64,000 nucleotides of DNA, from assembly GCA_043228905.1 (NCBI GenBank), contig JBHGNT010000002.1, positions 24,242,001-24,306,000 of the forward strand. The letters are read 5' to 3'. Position numbers and translations under genes: made by a program. Positions 1 to 11,225 of the stretch are shown one piece after another. The notes under the pieces are model-generated. The model saw nothing but the letters and a program-made list of their open reading frames with translations, ran no database searches and was not told where the DNA came from. Position 1 is the stretch's first letter; the number at the start of each line of letters is the position of its first letter. This DNA comes from Azolla caroliniana. Its lineage: Eukaryota > Plantae > Polypodiophyta.

Positions 1-1
1 A

Positions 2-1945
2 CGCGGTGTCGACGAAGCTACAAAAATTAATAGCTTTAGTCGAGTCGCTGCGATTGGGCTACAAGAGAGGATCCAAGAGCTCCAAAGGGAGAATCAGACA
101 TGGACAACATTCGAAAGGGCATTACTCAATGAATACAACCTCAACGATATGTCAAGGATGACAAGGCGAGCTTTCATGGATTGGGTAGAGTCTAATAAAC
201 ATTTAAGTGTTTTGGAAGTATTAAAAGAGTTTTCTGAAAGATTTGAGCAACTAAATGTTAGAGATAGAAATATAATAGTGCTAGATAAAGTAATATTGTT
301 TCTACAAGCTACTAATATTAAAGACAAGAAGGACTTGGGAATGCTTTTAGAAGATCAGAATAGTCCAAGTGGACTTACCGAAGATTGGGAGGAGGTGAAA
401 AGGGCGTGCGCCCATTTCTGCAAAAGAAAGTTATGGTTTATGGAGTTGCCCGACAGAAATGATGAAGAAACGGGGAACGAGTCGGGAGAAAAGAAAGTAG
501 AAGAATCACTCTTACACGAATTAGTGAAAGGCATGAAAGACTTGTCGATCAAAGTGACGAAGCTAGAATCGGGACAAAGCTCGACTTCATCAAGGCAGGG
601 AGGTGGAATGGTCTGAAGGTGTATGTGGTGTGATAGTATCGACCACCAGAAGAAAGATTGTCAAGAGCATAGGGATGCTCTTAATCATAATAAAATCTAC
701 TATCAAGATGGCAAGATTCACTCAACTGAGACTCGACAACCACTTCAACTCAACTTCGGGCGAGGAGGAATGAAAAGGCTAATGGAAGATGCCGAGAGAG
801 AAACGACTCAAGCGATACAATCCGTGGCAACCTTAGGATTGCACGTAGAAGACTCATATGGTGGATTTGGCTTTTGGCAAGATGTGATGGATTATGCAAG
901 AAAAGGGAAGGTTCGAGTGGATGAATTAAAAAGAGCGGGAGATGAAATACGAAACTTCACTAGATGGAATGATCCAGTAGACGCGCTATCAGCATTCGCC
1001 CAAGTGAATGCACAAGATGTGCTAGTGGAAGAGAAGCGGAAGAGAGCTGAGGAAGCTGATCCGACAAAGAGACATGAAACACGAGAACAAAAGAGAAGGG
1101 AGATGGAAAAGGGTGCTATTGAGCCGAAGGAAGCTAATAAAGTAAAAGGAAAGACAGGCCCATCTTTCAAGCTTGCCTCAGACATAGAAACAACAACGGA
1201 TATAAAAAAGGTACTAGAAACAAGAATATTAAATAGTAAGGTAGAATTTACTTTAAGAGAAGTGTTGGGTATAGCAAAGAAAGAATTTCATGAAGTTATC
1301 ATAGATATTATTAGAAGGAAGAGACAGGTGACGGAGGAAATTACGGGAGGGTGTGCAGCAACACTCCAAGATTTGTATGGTGGCACCATCAATGCTGCAA
1401 GTGTAAAAAACCAGAATGATGTTGGCGTCCATGAAGGGGATAGGAGTCACTATACAAGGGACCATTGGGCTCGAGCAACAACGGAGGCACCTGCAAAAAT
1501 TGGGGAGCAGCAAATTCCATGTATTGCTTTGATCGATCATGGATCAGAGATTAACATGATGTCATCGGAATTTTACGCTCGAGGACGATGGCCGATTGAC
1601 AAGAATCATGGGTGGAAAATAAGAGCTGCCACAGAAACTACGGAGGATCTATTCGGAGCATGTCCTAGTGTGAAGGTAACAATTGGTGATGTCTCGGTGA
1701 ATCAAAATTTCTTTGTGCAGGATCGATCAACCTACCCCGTCATCCTTGGCCAGCCCTACATCACCGCAGTGAGGATGGAAACAAAGGTTATTGATGATGG
1801 TTCGGCTTTCGCGAGAATCAAGAGTCAAGATGGAAGAAAGACTGTCCAATTCTTAACCGTGAGGCCCAACCATGAAAGAAACAAAGAATGCTTGAGGGAA
1901 CATCCAATTCAAGAGATGGATGAAGAGTTTTCCCAGGATTTTTAG
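2..1945 (+). pseudogene. gag: gag-protease ORF of element A with one in-frame stop
   Basis: One frame from base 2 to 1945, broken by TGA at 614-616 (probably CGA>TGA). Zn knuckle CMWCDSIDHQKKDC, a DUF4100-like segment (LASDIE...EFTLREVLGIAKKEF) and aspartic protease LIDHGSEIN...VILGQPY. Ends QDF*. Confidence 0.88.
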
Positions 1946-2000
1946 ATAGGGCTTTTACAGGTAGGGGCTGTGATAGCCCGAGCATAAAAGAAAACCCCAT
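1936..2000 (+). promoter_or_regulatory. Putative programmed -1 ribosomal frameshift signal between PR and RT
   Basis: G GAT TTT then TAG. 6-nt spacer, stem 1949-1960/1968-1979, loop GGGG (1964-1967) complementary to CCCC (1995-1998). The -1 frame is open from 1936 into the RT ORF. Confidence 0.75.
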
Positions 2001-5000
2001 AAATAATAATGTAAATAAAGATATTCCTTGTACAATCTCATCTAATGGTGCTACTTTTATACTAAAAGTAAATAATAATAAAATACAAAATGCTTTCGAG
2101 TACTTTAAGTGTTCTGGATTAATAGATGATGATGAAGAAATTCAGGATATGTTTGAAGAATTAAGTTTTGAAGATACAATAACTCATTTGGAAGCAATGG
2201 AAGAAGGCAACGAAATCCAAGTTCCTGTCCATTCAATCAAGATGTATGAGGTCATTGAAGAAGTTGCTCGAAAGGATCATGAAGCACATGCACTAACAAA
2301 GTACAAGACAGTGGAGAAGAAGGTTCGTCCTATTGCTGCTCCACTTCCAGGGGATAGTGAAAAGGCAATCAAAGAAGCAGCCACAGAGCCAATGATCAGA
2401 GACCCACGAAAGGTAGGACATGTGTTTACTCCGGAAACAATACAAGGGATGAAAATAGGAGGGGGTGACTTCCTATTACCCGCTGAAGAAAAGCAGTTCA
2501 AGGAGATGTTAAAAAGGCATGGAAAGGCGTTCGCATTCCAACCGGAGGAAATAGGGTGTGTGGATCCAGAAATTGTGGGGCCCATGGTTATATTCACTAT
2601 CCCGCATATTCCATGGAACTTTAAGCCAATACCCATGCCTAGGGCTAGAATCCCTCAACTATTAGAACTTTTGAAAGAAAAGATAAGGATGGGTATCTTG
2701 GAACCATCGAACGCTCCTTACTCGAGTCGATGGTTCACTGTGTTAAAGAAAGATGGGCGACTCCGATTTATCCAAGATATGCAACCCGTGAATAAGGTAA
2801 CAATCCGAAACTCGGGAGTAGGGCCAATTGTGGATGAGTTTGCTGAGATGTTTGCAGGAAGAGCTATATATTCAATGGGAGACCTTTATTCCGGGTATGA
2901 TCAATTTCAACTTGCTATCAAAAGTCGAGATATAACTTCTATCAAGACACCTATAGGGTTAGTACGGATGTGCACCTTGCCGCAAGGAGCGACCAACTCA
3001 GTGGCGCATATGATGAATGGAATGAACAAGGTACTTCGTGATTTTATTCCTCATATTACAATGCCTTTTCTAGATGATGTTCCAATTAAGGGATGCAAGG
3101 AGGAAGAGAAGAACGAGGAATTGGACGAAAGTGGTTGCCGTCAATTCGTTGTTGATCATATCAAGGATTGTGAGAAGGTGCTATCAAGGATGGAAGAAGT
3201 GCATTTGACCTTATCAGGGGCGAAGTCAATATTTGGGGCAAAAGAGATATTAATAGTTGGTCACATGTGTGGCCCGTATGGGAGAAAGCCATCCCCAACC
3301 AAGGTCAATGCAATTCAAAATATGCAAGAGGAATGTACATCCATCTCAGAAGTACGAAGGTTTCTGGGGGTATGTGTTTTTTACTGTAAATGGATTCCGC
3401 ATTATGCCCATTTATCTGAACCTTTATATAGACTCCTAAGAAAAGGAGAGACATTTGAATGGAGTGAAGAGCATTCAGAGGCAATGAAGAAATTGAAGTA
3501 CTACTTGGCACAAGCTCCACCATTAAAGCAACCAGACTACACCCAAGCTCCACCATTAAAGCAACCAGACTACACCCGACCCATATATCTCACAGTAGAC
3601 TCTAGTCCCATTGGAATTGGATGGGTGATAAGCCAACAAGATAGGGAAGAAAGGTATCCAGTCCGATTCGGGGCAAAGGTTCTTAGTGGTCGACAAAGAA
3701 AATATGCACAGGTGAAAAGAGAGCTATGGGGGATAGTAACAGCTGTAAAGACAGACAAAGATTACTTAATTGGTGCTGAAGTAATAATAGAAACAGATTG
3801 TTTGCCTATTCTGGGTATCATAGCTAATTGTGATATTCCAGATCAATCCATGTTAAGATGGTGTATCTATATTAGATCAATCAACCCTGAAGTTCGACAT
3901 ATCTCTGGGAATAGAAATGCAGTAGCAGATATGTTATCAAGAGCAAGGTATGAGGAAGAGGAGATTCCAGACTCGGACGATGAGGACAAAGAACAAACAG
4001 TCCTTACCACAAGCATTACTCGGGAAGGAGGAATGCAGTTTCTAGAAGAGGAGTATGAAGAAGAATTCAAGGAAATAGGGAAGTACCTACAAACCCCTGA
4101 CAAGTACAAAGGTCGATCTGGAAAAGAGTTCGCACAGTTTCGCAAGAAAGCCCATAAGTTCTTCCTGCATGAAGGATATCTATGGCGACATCCGAAAACC
4201 AAGACTGGAAACCCGCAAAGAGTAATAGGTTCTGAAGGGCAAAGAAAGGAGATAATCAAAGAGCTGCATGACAAAGAATGGGCTGGTCATCGAGGAGTGT
4301 GGGCCACTTTCAGTAAGATTAAAGAACGATTTTGGTGGCCTTGATACTATGAGCAAATAAAAAAGTATGTGGAAACTTGTCCCACTTGTCAATATTATTC
4401 AAATGTAAAATTTTGTGATGAATTACACCCAACAGACTCACCGGGGGTGCATTACAAGTGGATGATAGATTTGGTAACAATGCCACTTGGAGTAGGACAA
4501 AAGAGATACTTGGTTCTTGCTAGAGAAGATCTAACAAATCAAGTGGAAGGTCGTTCATTGAGAACAAAAGGGACATTAGGAGTATGTCAATTCATCTTGG
4601 AGGACATTGTTTGTAGATATGGATGTATCGGGAAGATAGTGGCAGATAGGGGAGAACTCAATTCTGCGGAAGCTCAAGATTTTTTCGACAAAATAGGAAT
4701 TCGGCTTTCTTTGACAACGACGTACAATCCAGAAGCTAATGGAAAGGTAGAAAGGGGACATGGGCCAATAGTCAAAGCTTTGGCAAAGGCATGTAGAGGA
4801 CGGGTTAGTGATTGGCCAAAAACCTTACCCTATGCACTATGGGCTGATAGGACAACTCACAGCACTGTTACTGGATATATGCCTGCAGAATTAATCACAG
4901 GACAGAAGCAGATAATGCCAATTGAAGAAAAGATAACTACATGGGCTGTGTTGCCTTGGGAATCGGAAATGAGTAGGGAAGATTTACTTGCGGTTCGAAT

Positions 5001-5385
5001 ACGACAACTTCAATCAAGGATAGAAGACATAGAAAAAGCAACTACTAGATTGAAAGAGGCAAGAATCAAGAATAAGGACAGATTTGACAAGATGAAAAGA
5101 ATACGACCAAGAAAGGTGCAAGAGGGAGATTGGGTATTAGTATATGATAATAGCCTAGATAATCAATACAGTACTATTCAGAAGTTTGCAAAAAGATGGT
5201 TTGGACCTTATGAAGTTAGGAAAATAACAGATAAAGCCACATATTTCCTCAATGAATTAGATGGGACAGAAATTCGTATCCCAATTGCAGGAAAAAGGAT
5301 TAAAATATTTAAAAGGAGGGAGTCATTAGAGCCTGAATTTTATGAAGAAGTAGAAGAACTAAAAATCGGAAGAAGTGTTGCATGA
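1936..5385 (+). pseudogene. pol: pol (RT-RNaseH-integrase) of element A with one in-frame stop
   Basis: RT DLYSGYDQF and FLDDVPIKG. RNaseH TVDSSPIGIG, KRELWG, ETDC. Integrase HHCC (GHRG...CPTC), DLVTM/ADRGE/NGKVERG and GPY. TGA at 4342-4344 joins ORFs 2149-4344 and 4369-5385 in one frame. 33-bp in-frame duplication at 3511-3576. Confidence 0.92.
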
Positions 5386-5485
5386 ACTCTGCACAACCAA
5401 TGTGCAAGTTCAGAGGGGGTGGGTGTCGTGAAGAATGTGCTTCACGATATAAAAATGAGCTTAAATGTTGTATTTAATAATATTT

Positions 5486-5547
5486 GAGAGACTTGAACCC
5501 ACATCCTTATATATGATGTACAATGTACATACCACTAGGCTAGGCTA
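5486..5547 (-). other. tRNA-like Pol III A/B-box module 1 in LTR A
   Basis: Minus strand reads TAGCCTAGTGG...GTGGGTTCAAGTCTCTC with tRNA-like A-to-B spacing. No proper acceptor stem. Confidence 0.65.
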
Positions 5548-5614
5548 TTTATTTGTAAAAGTGTGTTATAAATGTGCCTCATGATATAAGAATGAAGCTA
5601 TATATTGTATTAAG

Positions 5615-5686
5615 TAAAATTGAGGGACTTGAACCCTCAACCTTGTATACCAAGCACCAAGCATACACCACTAAGCTAGGTTAGTT
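5615..5686 (-). other. tRNA-like Pol III A/B-box module 2 in LTR A
   Basis: Minus strand reads TAGCTTAGTGG...GAGGG-TTCAAGT-CCCTC, a perfect 5-bp T stem with a 7-nt loop. Confidence 0.72.
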
Positions 5687-5929
5687 ATTTTAGAATGCAT
5701 TTTCATCATTATACTTATCCCATATCTATTTTCATACATAGCCATCATTCATCACATGCAATGCATGTGCGCCAAATGGTGATCATGCATTACATGTAAC
5801 TCATGCATTGCATGCATGCCATGCTCCCATACATTACCATATGCATGGCAACACTTATATAAAGAGGGGAAAGGGAAAACAAGGGAGGAATCAAGAGAAA
5901 GTTAGAGAAATAAGATAATCAAAAAAACA

Positions 5930-6000
5930 AACAAGTTAGCTTGTTGGTGAAGAGGCTCGTGTTTCCAAGTTGGAGTCAAGAGTTCGAATCAAGGGTCGGT
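5930..6000 (+). other. tRNA-like Pol III A/B-box module 3 in LTR A (sense, downstream of TATA)
   Basis: TAGCTTGTTGG at 5937-5947 and GAGTTCGAATC at 5980-5990. The counterpart at 32128-32190 (-) reads TAGCTCATTGG...GAGGTCGTGGGTTCAAATC. Confidence 0.62.
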
Positions 6001-6310
6001 AGAGAAAGGGTTCATCTTGCTACCAAACATTGTAAAGTTGGTAAAATCTTGTATTCGTAATACACATCATGTTCATATCATATACTTTTTTGTCTTAAAT
6101 CATACTTTGTCTCTATCTTGCGTCTTGAATCATACATTGCCTCTATCTTTTATCTATACTAGTCTCTCTCTCACACATATTACTTTAAACTATTATTCTT
6201 CATATCCTTTATCTTCCTAACATTTGAGCGCAAGCCTTATAAAAGTTCCTTCAACTCCCCTTAACCTTAGTCCCTGCGACTTCGCCGCACGAACCACAAC
6301 TACCCCGACA

Positions 6311-6745
6311 GCGTGAAGCCGGAAGGAACCTCAAGTTGAGCTTGAGGGGGAGTGTTGAGAGACAAGCTTAACATTCGTGCATAATACGATGCGTAACCCA
6401 AGGCGTAGATTGGGCGCGTAAATCGGTACGCATAATATGGCCGTATCAGTGTGAAAACCGTGAGGCCGTTGGGAAGCTATTCCTCGTAAGGAATAATTTT
6501 GGGAGTTAGTGTAGCAGGCTCATTTATGAGTGGTCAAGTACTGTTAGTACTTGTGTCAGCCCTATTGTTAGGGCTTGTATAAAAGGTGCTCACTAAGCAC
6601 GGTGTATGTATAGATTGAGTATTATTTTGAATTGAGGTTCTGTGTGTTCTGTCTCTCCCGCGTATTGTGTATATTCAAGATCTCCATTAAACCTGCGTAT
6701 TTTCTGTGTTCGGTTTTCTCTTGCTTCCGCACATAATGCTTTTCA
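6311..6745 (+). mobile_element. 3' end of a Copia-type element: PPT and LTR 6353-6745
   Basis: AGCTTGAGGGGGAG PPT, then TGTTGAGAGACAAGC...GCTTTTCA. Same termini as the solo LTR at 61054-61440. Confidence 0.8.
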
Positions 6746-7968
6746 ACCCCTAACCGACCAAATAGTTCTTCGGCCGCTTGCGCATCTAGCTCTCCCCGGT
6801 CAACCACGATCTTCCCTACGCAACCATACTGGCAGATCACCTCCTCGATTAGGAACGGGCACACGGCCACAATCGTCTTGTTCTGCAGCGCACGGCCCTC
6901 CATCTGGTTCATCATGTCTTCTCACGCAAGCACTAGATACTGCATCTGCCCTATCCCCATCGGCATCGTGACTAAGTCCACCATCCATTTGAAATGGATG
7001 GTCGTCGGGTAGGTCGGGTGCATCTTGTCTCTGTTCTGGATCGTGGAATGCATTTGGCAGCTCTCGTAGGTCGTCACGAACTAGTACTTGTCCCGATACA
7101 TCCCCAACCACCAATATTTCTCCTTCAGCTTCTCAAACGTGGCCCACGTTCTGCAGTGTCCGGCCCAAGGACTCTTGTCATATGCCGACAACATGGCCTC
7201 CTGCTCTTCCTTCCTCAGTACTACGCGGAGTGGAACGCTGTTATGCTTCTTCGAGTGCCTCCATATACTCCCGTTCCACATGAAGAACCGGTACACCTTC
7301 TTCCGGATCCTATTTAACTCGTCTTTTGTCCATGCCACGTCCGGCATTAACATTTTTAAGAACTTGCCAATCCGGAACCACTCCCCGTCGTACTCATTCT
7401 CGTTGAACTCACTGAGTGTCGGAGTACTCCCCTCCCTTGCCGCTATGCGAGCCGACTCGAAGAAGTCTACGCCAACTTCTTCGTCTTTGGAAACCATGTC
7501 GTCCTCGTCGTCGAACCGCGCTCTCGAAAGCATGTCGGCCATGGCATTGTCTTTACCAGTGATAAGCCGTATCTCCGAATTTAGGGACTTGATGTACGCG
7601 ATCCAGCTGAGCATAGCTAACTCTGGAGTCGCGCATCCGTAAAACCATACCTAGGATAGGTAGGCAGTCCGTCTCGATTATTACCTCCATCCTGATCAGA
7701 TAGTCTTTGCCGGCCTTGACTGCCAAAACGATACCCCAGAGTTTGCACTTAACCTAGGCGTATCCTCGTTGCCGCTCACTCAATACCTTTGCCCCGAACC
7801 GAATGGGGAACCTCCCACCATTCCCATCCTCCTGATTGACCACCCATGCGATCCAAGTCGGGCTCGTGTCCACGGTCACATAAACCGGGACCCCCTTTCC
7901 GTAAACCGCTTTCCAGAGGGTCGGTGCCGTGGCTAGCGCCTCTTTAAACCTCTGGACCGACTCCACGT
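6746..7968 (-). pseudogene. pol: Degenerate RNaseH-integrase fragment of the GC-rich Gypsy subfamily
   Basis: Minus-strand ORFs VTVDTSPT...FGAKVLSERQRGYA, GKDNAMADMLSRARF and CVGKIVVDRGELD match 52097-55192. Frameshifted. Confidence 0.9.
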
Positions 7969-8441
7969 TATCGTGAAGATTCTGGGCCATGGTGAGAAAC
8001 CGGGGAAGATCAGAAGAATCGGTGGGGTGCATCATGTGCACTCACCCTTGTACAAATTGTGTAAATGATAGGGGCGCCATTATGGCACCGGACAGTAGTT
8101 AGTTCGGGACAAAGGATCCCTTGTAATAAGGGATTTATCCCACATTGTAACACATCCCTCTCCTTGTTCTATAAAAGGAAGGGAGCGCCCTTTGTTAAAG
8201 TGTTGCCATTTTGAGTTAGGAGGGTATACTGTTAGAGTTAGAGTTAGGGTTAGGTAGTTTCTCTTATTCTTCCTTCTTCTTCTTCTTCTTCGTCATCGTC
8301 TGGGTTGAGAGTTCGTGTCTATTTAGGGTTTGCTTCTACTCGGTCCCCTGTGCAAGACCTCGCTCGGCGCGACGAGCCCGAGAGCTCCCCGATCGGCGGC
8401 TCGGCAGCAGACTACTGTTGTAACCTAACCTACCTTGGTCC

Positions 8442-8860
8442 TGTTACCGGCCGGCAAGGAGTCCAAAATACGGAGTGAAGGAATTAATTATATATGGTTG
8501 TAAATTAGCATAGTGTGGACGGACGGACTGGAAACGGTATGCCGTTCCAGATCCGGACGGATCCCGAATAGGTGCGATAGGCACCGTTTTGTACTACGGG
8601 CCGGAAACCTATTTAAAGGCCCGGACCCCATTGTAATGGCAGCGGATAATTAATAGAGCTTATGATGTTTGTACTTCTGTCTTGATTTCCGTTCTATAAT
8701 TATTGTTATACCTTACGCGTGTAATTAACCAAAGCATTCTAATCGTGTAACCTACGTAAGTCGGTGTAATCGTTGAATCTTAATCCTATGCCGTAATCAC
8801 CCTTTGGTGAAGTGTCTCCGTGACACCTTGTGTTAGGCCTTGTCCGGCCAGCGAATAACA
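8442..8860 (+). repeat. 5' LTR of the Athila-like element
   Basis: TGTTA...TAACA ends; near-identical to 17833-18251. Confidence 0.97.
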
Positions 8861-8911
8861 CAGTTTTGGTGACCACGATTCCTGCTTTCTCGCAGCGAAC
8901 GACGGTAATGG

Positions 8912-11225
8912 ATGACTAGACCAACGCACGACTTGGTTACAGACCGAGCTCGACGCCTCGCCGAACGACAAAGACGGCGTGAGACTTTCCAGCAAGCAGC
9001 GCAAGAAATTCGCTCGGATCGTTCGTTCTCCAACGAGATCCGGAGAGTCGCGGAGGAATCTCTTCGGTTACGGCAAACTCGCGACCAGGACGACAGAAGC
9101 AGTCTAAGTAGTCTCCGGGAAACCGAACGCCTGCTGGAGGCGCTGGCAAGCGAAGAAAACGAGGCAGAAGCCTTTTCAGCCTACGAATCGGATTCCAAAG
9201 GGGGATACAGCGTGCACACGAACTACCGGAGTAGCAACGATACCCCCGGCGGCCCGGAGGACAACGGGTCGGATACCGTGCCGACTCCAGAACCGGAACC
9301 GCTCAACCAGGGCTATCCGGAACCGCAAACGGAAGCCGTCAACCCACCAACACCGGAAGTGGAAGAAGCAAAGCCACCGACACCAACGAAAGAGCCGGCA
9401 AAGGTACCGGAAGAAGAGCCGGAAAAGGAACCGGAAAAAGCACCGGCACAAGAACCGAAAGTGGAACCGGAAAGATATCAACAAACGCCACTAAACCGCG
9501 GCCTAATACTGGACGACGACATGCCGTTCCAATACTCAAAGTATCGCGATGATCCGGACGCGGAAGCGCATGTTCATGACTTCGAGCAGACATGGGAAGC
9601 AAATCACACGTCCCAGCGAATGACACCGGAGGAAGAAGAACGCTCGAAGATAGCGGAATTCGGAGTCACGTTGGAGGGACCAGCGACACGATGGCGGCGG
9701 ACGCAGGACCCGGCGACCATCACAACCTTTGCAGAATTAAAAGCAAAATTCTTGCATTTTTTCCACAAGGAGGTCGACCAGACGACAATGGTGGGCCTGT
9801 TTTATACGATCCGACAGGAGGCAGGGGAAAGCATTCCCCAATTCGTCATCCGTTTCCAACGAATGCATAGCCAGCTTGCCCGTGCACCCCCGGAGGAGGA
9901 ATTACGGACGATATTTTTAAACGCACTCCGGGAACCATTATGCACGGTGTGTACGGTGATCGACTTTCGAGGATGCACCATCGACCAGGTCATTGACCGG
10001 GTCAGAGAAATGGAAAAGACAAGCTCATGGCTTACGCTGGGAACACTACAACGGGCGTTACCCACCGAGGAAGATCTCCGATTCCGGCAGGCAATTCAAT
10101 GCACAATCTGCTTGAATGCCGGACACTCGGCAGTGGAGTGCACCATGCGAACCCAGTGTGTGATTTGTCAATCCAAGAGTCATACAACGGACCGGTGCGA
10201 GTATAACCTGTTAAACCGACAAGCACCACCCGTCCGACGGATCGAGCCAAGAAGCAGCCGAGACGAAGATGACGATCGTTGGCAAAGAATGAACCGGTAC
10301 CCACCGGCACAGGATGTCCGGTACGGGGACAGGCAAGAGAATGATGGCCGGTACGGGAATCGGCGTGATAACTACGACCGGTATGAGCGATCGGACCGTT
10401 ATCGGGAGCCCAACAGACGACACGAGCAATACAACAGAGACCATTCCCCTGGTTACCGAAGACACCAGGAGGACTACGGCCGATTCTACGATCCACCACG
10501 ACCGGACTACCGAAATAAAAATAAGAATAATAAGAAACGTAATTTCAAGAAAGGTGGTCACACTAGGGACCCGGAACAGGGAACCCCAAGGAGCCAACCG
10601 GCACAGAACGCACCACTCACTACGGGACCGACTCCGGATACCAGCAAAGCTGAATCCAGCAATACCCGTAAAGAGTACTGCTATTACTACAGGCAGGAAG
10701 GCCACTACAGTAACCAGTGCCCGGCAAAGAGCTACGATAAACGACCAGCAGTTAATATGGTGGTTCCGGAAGTGGCGGATTTACAGCAAGTAACCACACG
10801 CTCGAAAGGCATGGCCAAAGAGTGGGAAATACAAGAGGCCATACGAAAACAGGCGACGGAATGGGTGAAGGAAGCCAATGAAAGGAACGTCGCGGACGCG
10901 GAACGGCAAAAGGCGAATACCATAGGGAGTGCCGGCGGTAGCCACCCAGAAAACGAGACATGGCAAGCACTGCAAGAATGTCAGATCATGTTACCATTAG
11001 GAAGACTCTTGCAGCTCGTGCCGCGATTCACAGAAGGACTAAAAACGGTCATGACAGACGGTATAGCCCCACCGGCACCAGTCCTCTTCTCGAATCCGGA
11101 GGAGGGACCGACGGTGGTGGACACTAGTAGTCCGGTGATCACAGCTATTGTCAAAGGGCACGAACTTCCCGGCACAGTAATCGATGGAGGTTCCGGAGTG
11201 AACGTAATAAGCCTCCGCACGTGTG
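8912..11225 (+). CDS. gag: gag and protease N-half of the Athila-like element
   Basis: Retrotrans_gag-like core (FAELKAKFL...IRQEAGESIPQFVIRF). Knuckles CTICLNAGHSAVEC, CVICQSKSHTTDRC and CYYYRQEGHYSNQC. Protease IDGGSGVNVI. Frame breaks near 11225. Confidence 0.88.

Larger units (their letters stand above)
1..6310 (+). mobile_element. Ty3/Gypsy LTR retrotransposon 'A' (AT-rich member of the CpG-TSD lineage); 5' end lies outside the window
   Basis: Order gag-PR, RT, RH, INT. G-rich PPT AGAGGGGGTGGG at 5412-5423. 3' LTR 5424-6310 (TGTCG...CGACA) followed by GCGT. Confidence 0.95.
5424..6310 (+). repeat. 3' LTR of element A (887 bp)
   Basis: TGTCG...CGACA ends, PPT directly upstream, TATA-like TATATAAAG near 5857. 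Close reverse-complement copy at 31759-32699. Confidence 0.95.

Noticed and set aside
614-616. Stop-codon readthrough at in-frame stops (also 4342, 11706, 13311, 54122)
   Set aside because: The stops lie inside conserved domains and are single-base changes from sense codons (CGA, GGA, CAG, TGG). Ordinary decay.
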